A stretch of DNA of 64,000 nt from a bacterium (GTDB taxonomy: Bacteria > Patescibacteriota > Minisyncoccia > Phycocordibacterales > GCA-002787175). Position 1 is the first letter of the stretch. Each line of letters begins with the position of its first letter. A program made the position numbers and the translations under genes. Below the pieces are notes generated by a model, which saw only the letters and a list, made by a program, of their open reading frames with translations, was not told the origin of the DNA and did not search any database. Shown here in pieces: positions 29,070-39,443 of this stretch. The stretch lies in the NCBI GenBank assembly GCA_030699905.1, contig JAUYKQ010000027.1:1293-65292 (forward strand), written 5' to 3'.

Positions 29070-30776
29070 ATGATTTTTTTTAGACGAAAAAATAAAATTT
29101 CAGGCAAAACAGAAATATTTCCTGACGAAATATTTTTGGACTCCAGCAACATTCCAAAATTTGACAAACATCAGTTTGAAGGAAGGATAGAAAAGCCGAT
29201 TTCTAAAAAAGTCATCGCCATTTCCGGCGTGGTTTTTGTGGCGGTGGCTGTCATATTTTTAGGTAAAATCTGGATGCTTCAGGTGGGACAGGGACGCGCC
29301 TATGCTTTGCGGGCGGAAGAAAACCGCCTCCGCCACACGATAGTTTTTAGCGAGAGGGGAGTGATTTTTGACAGAAAAGGGACAGTCGTGGCTTACAACG
29401 AGCCGCCGCTTCCCGGAAACGAATTTTCATATAGAAAATATACTGACTTGCCGGGGTTGGCGCATGTTTTGGGGTATGTGAAATATCCGTCCAAAGACAG
29501 CGCCGGTTTTTACTACAAAGAGGATTTTGATGGGGTGGCCGGGGTGGAAAAAATGTTTGACGATGCTCTGTCGGGGACTAACGGATTGAGGATTATAGAG
29601 ACAAATGCTTTAGGCGCCGTGGCTTCCGAAAGTGTAATTTCCTCCGCCAAAGACGGTGAAAATATTCATCTGTCTATTGACGCGGGACTTCAAACCGCTT
29701 TGCATTCATACATGCGCGACTTGACCAGAGACGGAGGATATGCGGGAGGAGCGGCTGTTGTTTTGAACGTGAAAACTGGTGAAATACTGGCCATGACGAA
29801 CGTGCCTGAATTTGACTCCACGGTTCTTGCCGACGGAAAGGATGCCGAAAAAATAAAATCATTCGTGGAGGACCCCAACATGCCTTTTTTGAATCGGGTG
29901 GCGCAGGGCCTTTATACTCCGGGTTCCATAGTAAAACCGTTTGTTGCTTTAGCCGCCTTGTCCGAAGGCGTAATTGATCCGCGCAAAAATATCTTGAGCA
30001 CCGGTTCCATATCCATAGCTAACCCCTATGACAAAACTCAGGTGAGTGTTTTTAAGGATTGGAAAGCCCATGGCTACGTGGACATGAGGGAAGCGTTAGC
30101 TGTGTCGTCAAACGTTTATTTTTACGCCATAAGCGGAGGATACGAAGACCAAAAAGGAGTAGGTATTGATAAAATTTCCGAATACGTCAGAAAGTTCGGT
30201 TTTGGTGAACCTGTGGAAAAAAATCACTGGCTTTTTGGTAAAGAGGGGGTTGTGCCGACTCCGGAGTGGAAAAAGTCCGTTTTTGGAGGCGACGAGTGGC
30301 GTTTGGGGGATACTTACAACACTTCTATCGGCCAGTACGGTTTTCAGGCGACACCACTGCAAATAGCGAGGGCTATCGCGGCTATTGCAAACGAAGGCAC
30401 GCTGGTTTATCCGACTTTCACTAAAAATACTTACGAAACCCAAGACGCGATCGGAAAAAAAATAGAAATCAAAAGCGACTATTTTGACATAGTTAAGGAG
30501 GGGATGAGAGATGCCGTGGTGGCCGACTATGGTACTGCCCGTTCTTTGAATTTTCCGTTTGTATCGGTGGCCGCCAAAACAGGAACGGCCGAAGTCGGCA
30601 CTACAAAGAAGAGTGTGCATTCTTGGGTGGCGGGTTTTTTCCCTTACGAGGAACCTCAATACTCTTTTGTTGTCGTTATGGAAAGAGGCCCCAGCGAAAA
30701 CATATTACCGGCAAGTCGCGTTATGCGCGGAATGTTTGAGTGGATGGGAATATATAGGCAAGAGTACCTAAAATAA
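29070..30776 (+). CDS. mrdA: Penicillin-binding protein 2
   Basis: RGVIFDR, PGSIVK (SxxK), SSN, KTGTAE. Confidence 0.92.
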   Translation: MIFFRRKNKISGKTEIFPDEIFLDSSNIPKFDKHQFEGRIEKPISKKVIAISGVVFVAVAVIFLGKIWMLQVGQGRAYALRAEENRLRHTIVFSERGVIFDRKGTVVAYNEPPLPGNEFSYRKYTDLPGLAHVLGYVKYPSKDSAGFYYKEDFDGVAGVEKMFDDALSGTNGLRIIETNALGAVASESVISSAKDGENIHLSIDAGLQTALHSYMRDLTRDGGYAGGAAVVLNVKTGEILAMTNVPEFDSTVLADGKDAEKIKSFVEDPNMPFLNRVAQGLYTPGSIVKPFVALAALSEGVIDPRKNILSTGSISIANPYDKTQVSVFKDWKAHGYVDMREALAVSSNVYFYAISGGYEDQKGVGIDKISEYVRKFGFGEPVEKNHWLFGKEGVVPTPEWKKSVFGGDEWRLGDTYNTSIGQYGFQATPLQIARAIAAIANEGTLVYPTFTKNTYETQDAIGKKIEIKSDYFDIVKEGMRDAVVADYGTARSLNFPFVSVAAKTGTAEVGTTKKSVHSWVAGFFPYEEPQYSFVVVMERGPSENILPASRVMRGMFEWMGIYRQEYLK

Positions 30777-30886
30777 TCATCTCTCCCTAATTCTTAATTC
30801 ATAATTCATAAATCCTAAATCCTATTTCGTGGAGTATCTTTTCCTCCACTATCGTGTTATACTTCTGTGGTAAGATTTATAATAAA

Positions 30887-31027
30887 CTGTGAATTACAAA
30901 ACACCTGCTTCCCCCCCTCGGAAAGCTCCCAAAAAAGTGACCGCTCCAAGGGCGCTTGTCCGGTCCCAGTCACTTTTTTGTGACTTTCCTCGTGGGGGGG
31001 GAGCATGCCGTTTTTTGTAATTCAAGA
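30887..31027. mobile_element. MITE-like fold-back element, family C copy 2
   Basis: Same ends and loop as other C copies. Confidence 0.85.
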
Positions 31028-31047
31028 ATAATAAAATAAAAAAACTT

Positions 31048-31509
31048 ATGTCCGACAAAACAGAATACCTTACGCAAGAAAAATATAAAGAGTTGCAAGC
31101 CGAGCTTTTAAATTTGAAAACCGAACGCAGAAGAGAGGTCGCCGAACAGTTGGAGTACGCGAAATCATTGGGGGACTTGGCTGAAAATGCCGAGTATCAC
31201 GAAGCCAGAACCGAGCAGGCAAATGTTGAAGACAGGATAAACCGCCTTGAAGCTATGATGAAGGCGGCGGTTATCGTAAGCAAAGACACTCATGACGTCG
31301 TTGAAATCGGTTCAACGGTGACTTTGGATCGGGGTGGCAAACAGGTTACGTACACCATTGTCGGTTCCGAAGAGGCCAATGTTGAAAGCGGTAAATTGTC
31401 TATACGCTCTCCGATAGGCGAGGCCATGATTGGCAAAAGAAAAGGAGATTTTTTTGAGTGTAAAACCCCGGGAGGCAAGGCCAAGTGTAAAATATTGGAA
31501 GTAAAGTAA
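31048..31509 (+). CDS. greA: Transcription elongation factor GreA
   Basis: GDLAENAEYH, SPIGEA. Confidence 0.96.
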   Translation: MSDKTEYLTQEKYKELQAELLNLKTERRREVAEQLEYAKSLGDLAENAEYHEARTEQANVEDRINRLEAMMKAAVIVSKDTHDVVEIGSTVTLDRGGKQVTYTIVGSEEANVESGKLSIRSPIGEAMIGKRKGDFFECKTPGGKAKCKILEVK

Positions 31510-31530
31510 AAATCAGCGACAGATAGTTCT

Positions 31531-31691
31531 CTTTGAATTACGAAACTCCAATTCCGCGTCTTTCTTTTCAATTTCGGCTACGGCTTTGCAAAAATTATTC
31601 AACAGATACTCTGTATACGCCTCATAATTTTTGCTTCGCCTCGCTCGAAATTGAAAAGAAATCCATCGGAAGCGAGTTTCGTAACTCAAAG
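31531..31691. mobile_element. MITE-like fold-back element, family B copy 2 (161 bp)
   Basis: Near-identical to 3197-3357. Confidence 0.85.
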
Positions 31692-31748
31692 TTCTTAGCT
31701 TCGGACAGGCAAAAGACAAATTCGTCTTCTGCTTGACGATATTTTTAA

Positions 31749-33212
31749 ATGTCGTTAGAAGAAATACGTTCAATCCGGCTTCTAAAATTAGAAAAGCTTA
31801 AACAGGCGGGAGTTAACCCCTATCCTGTTTCGGCTTGTCCGGACGTGACGCTTGAAGAAGCGGTGGACAATTTCGCAAAACTCGCAAAAAAGAAGAGAGT
31901 GACATTGGCTGGCCGTATTATCGCAAAACGTGGACAAGGGGCCATACTTTTTGTTGATATTTTTGATGGCACGGGTAAATTCCAGGCGGTTTTCAAGAAA
32001 GACGAAATGGAAGAATCGGTCTTCGGACTTTTTGAAGAAACCACTGATAATGGCGATTTTATTGAGGTCTCAGGTTCGTTTTTTACGACAAAAAGAAAAG
32101 AAAAGTCGCTTTTGGCAAAGGATTGGAAAATGCTTTGCAAGACGCTAAGGCCCCTTCCCGAGAAATGGCACGGACTGACTGATACCGAAGAACGTTTCCG
32201 CAAAAGGTACTTGGACATTTTGATGAATGAGGAGGTCAGAAAACGTTTTGTTTTGCGTTCTCGCATCGTTTCAGAACTTAGGAAAGTTTTGGACAAAGAG
32301 AACTTTCTGGAAGTTGAGACATCCATGCTTCAGCCACTTGCCGGAGGCGCGAATGCCGAGCCATTTAAGACGAGGCATAACGCTTTAGATATGGATTTGT
32401 ATTTGCGAATAGCGCCGGAGATTGACCTGAAAAAACTTTTGATAGGAGGATATCGCAAGGTCTATGAAATCGGCCGAAGTTTTAGGAATGAAGGAATAGA
32501 CGTTACTCACAATCCCGAATTTACAACTGTTGAGTGGTACGAAGCATATAGCGACGCGAAAAGGCAAAGAGAATTTTTGGAAAAAGTCCTGAAAACGGTG
32601 GTCAAAGGAGTTGTCGGGAAAAACAAGATTGAATTTGACGCGAAAGAAATTGATTTTTCCGGAAAATTTGCCGTTGTTTCGTATTTTGAACTGCTTCAAC
32701 GTTACGCTTTAATTCCGGAACCCGCGAAGGCGAGCATGGATGATTTAAAACTCAAGGCGACGCAATTGGGAATAAAACCCGAAAAAGGCGATACTGTTGA
32801 AAAACTCATGGACAGCATTTATAAAAAGACAGCCAGACCGAAACTGGTACAGCCGACTTTTGTTGTTGATTATCCGGCCAATTACATTCCATTGGCCAAA
32901 AAGAAAGAAGGCAGTGATACGTTAGTTGATGCGTTTCAGCTTGTAATAGGTGGATTTGAAGTTACCAAAGCATTTTCTGAACTGAATGATCCGGTAGACC
33001 AAAGAGAACGTTTTGCATTACAAGAAAAAAACAAGAAAGAGGGAGACGCCGAAGCTCAAGAGGCGGACGAAGCGTTTCTGGAGGCCTTGGAATACGGAAT
33101 GCCGCCTGCCGGTGGGGTGGGACTTTCAATTGACAGAATGGCTATGCTTCTTGGTAACGTAAAAAACATTCGTGAAGTGGTTTTCTTTCCAACCATGCGT
33201 CCTAAAACATAG
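31749..33212 (+). CDS. lysS: Lysine--tRNA ligase, class II
   Basis: YLRIAPE, FRNEGID..HNPEF, YGMPPAGG. Confidence 0.96.
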   Translation: MSLEEIRSIRLLKLEKLKQAGVNPYPVSACPDVTLEEAVDNFAKLAKKKRVTLAGRIIAKRGQGAILFVDIFDGTGKFQAVFKKDEMEESVFGLFEETTDNGDFIEVSGSFFTTKRKEKSLLAKDWKMLCKTLRPLPEKWHGLTDTEERFRKRYLDILMNEEVRKRFVLRSRIVSELRKVLDKENFLEVETSMLQPLAGGANAEPFKTRHNALDMDLYLRIAPEIDLKKLLIGGYRKVYEIGRSFRNEGIDVTHNPEFTTVEWYEAYSDAKRQREFLEKVLKTVVKGVVGKNKIEFDAKEIDFSGKFAVVSYFELLQRYALIPEPAKASMDDLKLKATQLGIKPEKGDTVEKLMDSIYKKTARPKLVQPTFVVDYPANYIPLAKKKEGSDTLVDAFQLVIGGFEVTKAFSELNDPVDQRERFALQEKNKKEGDAEAQEADEAFLEALEYGMPPAGGVGLSIDRMAMLLGNVKNIREVVFFPTMRPKT

Positions 33213-33349
33213 GAGATAAGGTTCACAAAGATTCACATTTCACGTCGTTTTTTCGACGGCTGTGAGCGACTACTTTAGGTTGCCTGTACAAGTTTTGAAT
33301 ATTATCGTAGTATACCTCGCAGAAAGAAAACCGAGTACAGAGGTGTATT

Positions 33350-33709
33350 ATGAACATGACGAAAAAAGTTTCGGAATTGAAAGAGATGCTATCAAGGCCC
33401 TTGGCAGAATGGTTATCCAAACCCGCGATGGATCGACTTCTAGACGCCGGAATCCGCAATTTTGCTGACTTGTACTGCTTTGAGGCAGTGCACAATAGCG
33501 GTCTCTTTTTCCGACACTTGGGTAGCAGGCCCGGACAAGGGCTTGCCAAGATCAACGGTATTGGAAAAAAGACGACAGATGAGATACTGGCTCTGATTGA
33601 GGAGAAGAAATTGCCGAGTTTAGATTCGGCTCATAAGGTGGCGGTACTTTTATACTGCCAAGAAATCAAGGGACGATTCTACAAGGGACGATTCTATTCA
33701 GGTCGTTGA
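33350..33709 (+). CDS. Small helix-hairpin-helix protein resembling RNA polymerase alpha-CTD
   Basis: LLDAGIRNFADL...LAKINGIGKKTTDEI; followed by terminator 33729-33757. Confidence 0.6.
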   Translation: MNMTKKVSELKEMLSRPLAEWLSKPAMDRLLDAGIRNFADLYCFEAVHNSGLFFRHLGSRPGQGLAKINGIGKKTTDEILALIEEKKLPSLDSAHKVAVLLYCQEIKGRFYKGRFYSGR

Positions 33710-33772
33710 AACGACCATGACCCGCGTAAACCCGCCACTCTCGTGGCGGGTTTTTTTCTGTTTGGTTTATAT

Positions 33773-33918
33773 CTGTGAATTACGAAACACTTGCTTACCC
33801 CCCCACGAGGGAAAGCTCCCAAAAAAGTGACCGCTCCAAGGGCGCTTGCCCAGTCTTAGTCACTTTTTTGTGACTTTCCTCGTGTGGGGGGCCACCTGCC
33901 GTATTTCGTAACTCAAAG
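33773..33918. mobile_element. MITE-like fold-back element, family C copy 3
   Basis: Same ends and loop as other C copies. Confidence 0.85.
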
Positions 33919-33950
33919 TATCCAAGCTCGGTTCTTCACCGTAATTTCAC

Positions 33951-34020
33951 TGTGGATAACTATATTAGCAAAGTGGGATAGAGTGTTATAAGATGTTATA
34001 TAAGTGGTATGAAGTGGTAA
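33951..34020 (+). promoter_or_regulatory. dcw promoter region: DnaA box plus about 10-bp periodic MraZ-type boxes
   Basis: TGTGGATAA at 33951; AAGTGG/GAGTGT/AAGTGG/AAGTGG repeats 33971-34020. Confidence 0.7.
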
Positions 34021-34288
34021 ATTTATATTTTCACTTTTATCGCTACATTTATGGACAGGAAAGTTTATAAAGTTAAATACGGCAGAGGAAAAGAGTACTT
34101 GATAGTGCTCAATTTGCCTCAAAAGGTAAGGGTACAGGTCAAGAACAGCAAAAAGAAAGAGTGTAAAGTGGATGCCTGATAGCACCTTAATGCTCCCGAG
34201 AGTTTTCGGAAGCATTGCGGTACGCGAAACAGAAACCACAGTCGACCATTCTTTACTTTTTTAGTCGCCTAAAAAATTTACGACTTTC

Positions 34289-34723
34289 ATGTTAATTGGC
34301 GAATACACGCACACCATAGACGAAAAGAGCCGTGTCTCTCTTCCTTCCAAATTTAGAAAAGAACTCGGCAAAAATGTCGTGGTCACTCGTGGTCTTGACA
34401 ACTGTTTGTTTCTGTATTCACCAAAAGCATGGGCGGTTATTTCAAAAAAGTTGGGTCAGTTGCCTTTTGGACAGTCCGACAGTCGCGGGTTTAATAGGTT
34501 TATGTTTGCCGGAGCGGTAGAGGTGGATGTGGACCAGCTTGGCAGGATTCTCATACCGGATTTTTTAAAAAGTTTTGCCGGCTTGTCTGAAAAGGTGATT
34601 TTCGCGGGGCTTTACGACAGGGTTGAAATATGGAACGAAAAACACTGGGGCGAATATAAGAAAAAAATTGAAGATCAGGGCGACCAGTTGGCGGAAAAGC
34701 TTGGCGAAATAGGGGCTGTGTGA
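34289..34723 (+). CDS. mraZ: Division/cell-wall cluster regulator MraZ
   Basis: IDEKSRVSLP and VDQLGRILIP repeats. Confidence 0.96.
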   Translation: MLIGEYTHTIDEKSRVSLPSKFRKELGKNVVVTRGLDNCLFLYSPKAWAVISKKLGQLPFGQSDSRGFNRFMFAGAVEVDVDQLGRILIPDFLKSFAGLSEKVIFAGLYDRVEIWNEKHWGEYKKKIEDQGDQLAEKLGEIGAV

Positions 34724-34760
34724 TTTTTATACCACTTCCAATTGAGCGAAAATTGAAATT

Positions 34761-35660
34761 ATGGTCCAACACGTTCCAGTTCTTTTAAAACAGATTACCG
34801 ACATTCTTGCCGTTAAAGGGGGCGAAATTTTTCTTGACTGCACATTGGGTGGCGGGGGACACTCGGCTTCCATATGTCAGGCGACTCATGGAGAAGCCCG
34901 AATAATCGGCCTGGACATTGACGAGGATGCCGAAAAAAGAGTTGAAAATACGCTGAAAAAAGAAGGATGCCGTTTCCAGTTTTTCAATCAGAACTTCAAG
35001 GACTTAGACAATGCTCTCGCAAAGGCCGGCGTCTCTCATGTTCACGCGATTCTTTACGATTTGGGTTGGAGCTCGTTTCAGACCGAAATTTCAGGAAGAG
35101 GATTTTCTTTTAAAAAAGACGAGCCGCTTCTTATGACCTTTTCCAAAAATCCTAAAGCAGATGATTTGACCGCGCAAAAGATATTAAACAGCTGGGAGGA
35201 GGAGAACATAGAGCTCATTTTGAAAGTTTACGGAGAAGAGCGATTTGCGAGGCGCATCGCAAGACGTATCACGGAAAGAAGACAGACAAAAGAGATACTC
35301 ACAACCTTTGAACTTGTGGAAATCGTCAAAAGCGCCATTCCGGCATCGGCAAAAAGAAAAGGAGGCATCCATCCGGCGACAAAGACCTTTCAGGCCCTGC
35401 GTATCGCGGTAAACGATGAGATGAGCGCTCTAAAAAAAGGGTTGCAAAACGGATTTGAAGCGCTGAATTCAGAGGGGAAAATGGCCGTAATATCATTCCA
35501 TAGTTTGGAAGACAGAATAGTTAAAAGGACTTTCAGTCAATGGGCGAAAGAAGAAAAGGGAAAAATCATTACCAAAAAACCTCTCACGGCGGACGAAGCG
35601 GAGACAGAAAATAATCCAAGATCAAGAAGCGCCAAGTTGAGAGTTTTTCAAAAGTATTAA
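34761..35660 (+). CDS. rsmH: 16S rRNA m4C1402 methyltransferase
   Basis: HVPVLL, DCTLGGGGHS, FQALRIAVN, SFHSLEDR. Confidence 0.96.
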   Translation: MVQHVPVLLKQITDILAVKGGEIFLDCTLGGGGHSASICQATHGEARIIGLDIDEDAEKRVENTLKKEGCRFQFFNQNFKDLDNALAKAGVSHVHAILYDLGWSSFQTEISGRGFSFKKDEPLLMTFSKNPKADDLTAQKILNSWEEENIELILKVYGEERFARRIARRITERRQTKEILTTFELVEIVKSAIPASAKRKGGIHPATKTFQALRIAVNDEMSALKKGLQNGFEALNSEGKMAVISFHSLEDRIVKRTFSQWAKEEKGKIITKKPLTADEAETENNPRSRSAKLRVFQKY

Positions 35661-35666
35661 AGAAAA

Positions 35667-35999
35667 ATGACAAAAGTTATCAATAAAACTTTATACGAGT
35701 TAAAAGAAGCCAGAATTTTTTGGATTGCTTTGGCTTGTCTTGGACTTTCGCTCGCGTTTTACGCCTATTTCATATCAATGACCGTATTCAACATAGTGGA
35801 AAGAAAAAGCGCCAAAGTGGCAATTTCCGAACTTAATTCAGAATTGGCTTTTCTTGAGACCGAATATATGGAACTGAATAGTTCTTTGACCATGTCTCTT
35901 GTTTTAGAACAGGGTTTTCGAGAAGTCAATGACGTGAAATACGCTTCAAGGGGGGCCTCCAGAGAGGCGCTGTCCTTTGAAAACGCGGCGGGGCAATAG
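35667..35999 (+). CDS. FtsL-like division protein
   Basis: TM plus short coiled coil between rsmH and ftsI. Confidence 0.65.
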   Translation: MTKVINKTLYELKEARIFWIALACLGLSLAFYAYFISMTVFNIVERKSAKVAISELNSELAFLETEYMELNSSLTMSLVLEQGFREVNDVKYASRGASREALSFENAAGQ

Positions 36000-36071
36000 C
36001 TCGCTTGGCTTATCTCTTGTATACTTTAATCAAGTCCTCATAACTTGATTCGCTTTGGATTGCAAACTTCA

Positions 36072-37775
36072 ATGAAAAATTTTCCATTCCGGCTTATTCT
36101 CATTAAAACGGCGGTGGTGGCGGGAGCGTTGATTTTAATGACAAAACTGTACACGGTACAAATCGTCCGTGGAGACGATTTCAGTGAAAGAGCCGCTCGG
36201 CAATATGTTCAGGAAGGTACAAGTTCGTTTGACCGTGGCAATATATATTTCAAAAACAAAGACGGAACGCTTATGGGCGCGGCGGTTTTGAAACAGGGCT
36301 TTACTCTTTCCATAAATCCGTCTATTTTGTCTTCACCTGAGAGCACATATGAAAAACTTTCAGAGATAGTGCCTATTGAAAAGGATTCTTTTATGGCCAA
36401 GGCCGGCAAAAAAGGCGACCCGCACGAGGAAATCCTAAAACAAATTGATAAAAAAACGGCGGATAAAATCCGGGCGCTCCAAATCACCGGCGTGTTTTTG
36501 ACCTCGGCAAAATGGCGGTACTACCCGGGAAACGCAAGTGGCGCTCATGTTTTGGGTTTCGTTGGTTTTCAAGGCAATGAACTGACGGGTCGATACGGCC
36601 TTGAAAGCTACTATGAAGGGGTACTGGAGAGAACCGATGAAAAGCTTTATGTAAACTTTTTCGCCGAAGTTTTTTCAAGCATAGGGAGGATTGTAAGCGG
36701 AGATTCAAAGCGAAGCGGAGACGTTTTAACCGGCATTGAACCGTCCGTGCAAGCGTTTTTGGAGGAGAACCTTCTTTCCATAAGTGAAAAGTGGGAAAGT
36801 AAACTGGTGGGAGGAATTGTCATAGAACCGACGACGGGCCAAATAGTTGCGATGTCAACATTGCCGACATTTAATCCGAATGACTTTAGAAACGCGGATC
36901 CCTCTACTTTTTTAAATCCGTTCGTAAGCAGTGTTTACGAGCTTGGTTCGGTTATTAAACCTTTGACCGTGGCCGCGGGCATTGATTCGGGCAGTATAAC
37001 CTCCAATACAAAATATTTTGATGCCGGTTTTGTTACGGTAAACGGACTTAAAATTTCAAATTATGACGGCAAAGGAAGGGGAGAAGTTGACATTCAAACC
37101 GCTTTAAGTCAGTCGCTAAACACCGGCATGGCTCATGTTGTCTTGAAAATGGGCAGGGAAAATTTCGCCAAATACATGACTTCTTTGGAGCTCGGCGAAG
37201 AGACGGGAGTGGACTTGCCCGGAGAGGTTCGAGGTTTGGTCAAAAACTTGGAAAGCCCGAGAAACATAGAACATGTTACCGCCTCTTTCGGACAAGGTAT
37301 CGCTCTCACTCCCATTGCCGCCGTCAGGGCGCTCACTTCTCTCGCAAACGGAGGGGTTTTGCCGAATTTGCATGTGGCAAGTAGCATTGACTATGACTTG
37401 GGTTTTGAGAAAAATTTGACTTTTGGAGAAGGAAAAAGGGTCTTCAAAAAAGAAACGGCAGATGAAGTGACGAGAATGCTCGTGAGTGGCGTTGATGATA
37501 CTCTCTCCGATGGCAAGTATAAGATGGAACATTATAGCATTGCCGCCAAAACCGGTACGGCTCAAATTGCGAAAACGGACGATAGAGGATATTATGATGA
37601 CAGGTTCCTTCATTCTTTTTTCGGCTATTTTCCCGCCTATGAACCTAAATTTCTGATATTTCTTTTTACCGTGGAACCAAAAGGAGTGGACTTTTCTTCT
37701 CAAACATTGGCGGAACCTTTTATGAATACGGCAAAGTTTTTGATAAATTATTATGAAATCCCGCCGGATAGATGA
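36072..37775 (+). CDS. ftsI: Division PBP (PBP3/FtsI)
   Basis: RGNIY, GSVIK, SLN, KTGTAQ; dcw position. Confidence 0.9.
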   Translation: MKNFPFRLILIKTAVVAGALILMTKLYTVQIVRGDDFSERAARQYVQEGTSSFDRGNIYFKNKDGTLMGAAVLKQGFTLSINPSILSSPESTYEKLSEIVPIEKDSFMAKAGKKGDPHEEILKQIDKKTADKIRALQITGVFLTSAKWRYYPGNASGAHVLGFVGFQGNELTGRYGLESYYEGVLERTDEKLYVNFFAEVFSSIGRIVSGDSKRSGDVLTGIEPSVQAFLEENLLSISEKWESKLVGGIVIEPTTGQIVAMSTLPTFNPNDFRNADPSTFLNPFVSSVYELGSVIKPLTVAAGIDSGSITSNTKYFDAGFVTVNGLKISNYDGKGRGEVDIQTALSQSLNTGMAHVVLKMGRENFAKYMTSLELGEETGVDLPGEVRGLVKNLESPRNIEHVTASFGQGIALTPIAAVRALTSLANGGVLPNLHVASSIDYDLGFEKNLTFGEGKRVFKKETADEVTRMLVSGVDDTLSDGKYKMEHYSIAAKTGTAQIAKTDDRGYYDDRFLHSFFGYFPAYEPKFLIFLFTVEPKGVDFSSQTLAEPFMNTAKFLINYYEIPPDR

Positions 37776-37828
37776 GAAACATGGAACACGAAACAAGTTA
37801 GCAAAAGTCAGAAAAGCGTACTTTTATC

Positions 37829-39151
37829 ATGAAATTTTTTTTAAAACAAATCGTAATCACTCTTCTTACTTGGGAAGCTCGCGTTGTACTGAAGAAGTAC
37901 AAGCCGTCCATAATCGCCGTTACCGGTACGGTGGGAAAAACCAGTACCAAGGACATGATATATACGATTTTTTCAAAATATTTATATACCAGAAAAAGTG
38001 AAAAAAGTTTTAACGGCGATATAGGAGTGCCTCTTACCATTCTTGGCCTGCCGAACGGCTGGAACAACCCTTTTGTTTGGCTTCTCAATATACTGAGGGG
38101 CCTCCGTCTCATTTTTCCGGTACGTTTGTCGCTTAAGGCCACAAGGTATCCCCAGTGGCTTATTTTGGAAATAGGCGCTGACAGGCCCGGAGATATCAGA
38201 CGTCTGGCCAAGTGGATAAAGCCGGATGTTACGGTTGTTACAAAGCTAAGCAAAGTGCCTGTGCATATAGAATTTTTCAAGTCGGTGGCGGAAGTAAACA
38301 AAGAGAAGTCCAATATTGTAAAGTCCCTAAAGAACGGCGGTTCTCTGATTTTAAACGGGGACGACGAAGACGTACGTCAGTTTTCGGAAATCAGAAGAGA
38401 AATAAAACCGTTATTTTTTGGATTTGATAATTTTTCCAATATAAAAGCAAGCAACTACGCCATTGAGTATGAAGATAAAAATGGCTTGCGTCTTCCGTGG
38501 GGTATTTCTTTTAAATTAAATTTCAGCAACAATTGCTTGCCGGTAAAATTAAACGGCGTCTTGGGGAAGAGCGTCTGTTTTGCCGCTCTCTCCGGTTTTG
38601 CCACCGCAATAGTCGCCGATATTCCACCTCTCTCTGCCCTTGAAGCGATGGCTGATTATAAGACGCCTCCCGGCAGAATGCGTCTCGTTGAAGGCGTAAA
38701 AGATTCGCTCATTATAGATGACACGTATAATTCTTCGCCCGCGGCTGTAGAGGGAGCTTTGGGGACATTGCGTGACATTGAAGGTTACGGCAAAAAAATC
38801 GCCGTTTTGGGAGATATGTTAGAGCTTGGCAGGCATAGTCCGGAGGCGCATCGAGAGATCGGAAAGTTGGTCGCGTGTTCTGCTCATGTTTTGATAACAG
38901 TTGGTGTCAGGGCTCGAGAGATAGCGCAAGTGGCCATGGAAAACGGAATGTCGGAGAAATCAATTTTCCAATTTGAAGACGCGGACAAAGCCGGCAAACA
39001 TTTGGAGCTACTGTTGCAAAAAGGAGATATTGCTCTTGTGAAAGGTTCACAATCAGTACGGATGGAAAGGACGGTAAAAGAGGTTATGGCAAGGCCGGAA
39101 GACGCGGCGAAAATTCTGTGCAGACAGGAGAGGCAGTGGATGTTGAGATAA
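37829..39151 (+). CDS. murF: UDP-MurNAc-tripeptide--D-Ala-D-Ala ligase
   Basis: TGTVGKTSTK, DDTYNSSP, LGDMLELG, KGSQ. Confidence 0.93.
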   Translation: MKFFLKQIVITLLTWEARVVLKKYKPSIIAVTGTVGKTSTKDMIYTIFSKYLYTRKSEKSFNGDIGVPLTILGLPNGWNNPFVWLLNILRGLRLIFPVRLSLKATRYPQWLILEIGADRPGDIRRLAKWIKPDVTVVTKLSKVPVHIEFFKSVAEVNKEKSNIVKSLKNGGSLILNGDDEDVRQFSEIRREIKPLFFGFDNFSNIKASNYAIEYEDKNGLRLPWGISFKLNFSNNCLPVKLNGVLGKSVCFAALSGFATAIVADIPPLSALEAMADYKTPPGRMRLVEGVKDSLIIDDTYNSSPAAVEGALGTLRDIEGYGKKIAVLGDMLELGRHSPEAHREIGKLVACSAHVLITVGVRAREIAQVAMENGMSEKSIFQFEDADKAGKHLELLLQKGDIALVKGSQSVRMERTVKEVMARPEDAAKILCRQERQWMLR

Positions 39152-39317
39152 TAAAGAATTCGGACGTGAATAACTACTCATCGGGATTGAAGCTTACAGC
39201 TTCAGTACAGGTTTCCCATTTGCTCACGATAAGAATCGCGCGCAAATATGGGAGAACCTCTTCAAATCCCGAACGCAAAGCAAGCAGTTGCTTTGCTTGA
39301 GTTCAAAATTAGAATTT

Positions 39318-39392
39318 TGACCTCATCGGGATTTGAACCCGAGTTCCAGCGTTGAGAACGCCGTGTCCTAGACCAGGCTAGACGATGAGGCC
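39318..39392 (-). tRNA. tRNA-Glu (CTC)
   Basis: Cloverleaf on minus strand GGCCTCA...TGAGGTCA, anticodon loop TT-CTC-AA. Confidence 0.93.
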
Positions 39393-39443
39393 GTGTGACA
39401 GAGAAATCATACCATTTCGGACACGATTTTCAACTTTTTAATC

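Noticed and set aside
31513-31773. ORFs sharing LSYETRFRWISFQ with 2972-3385
   Set aside because: Read-through of repeat family B.
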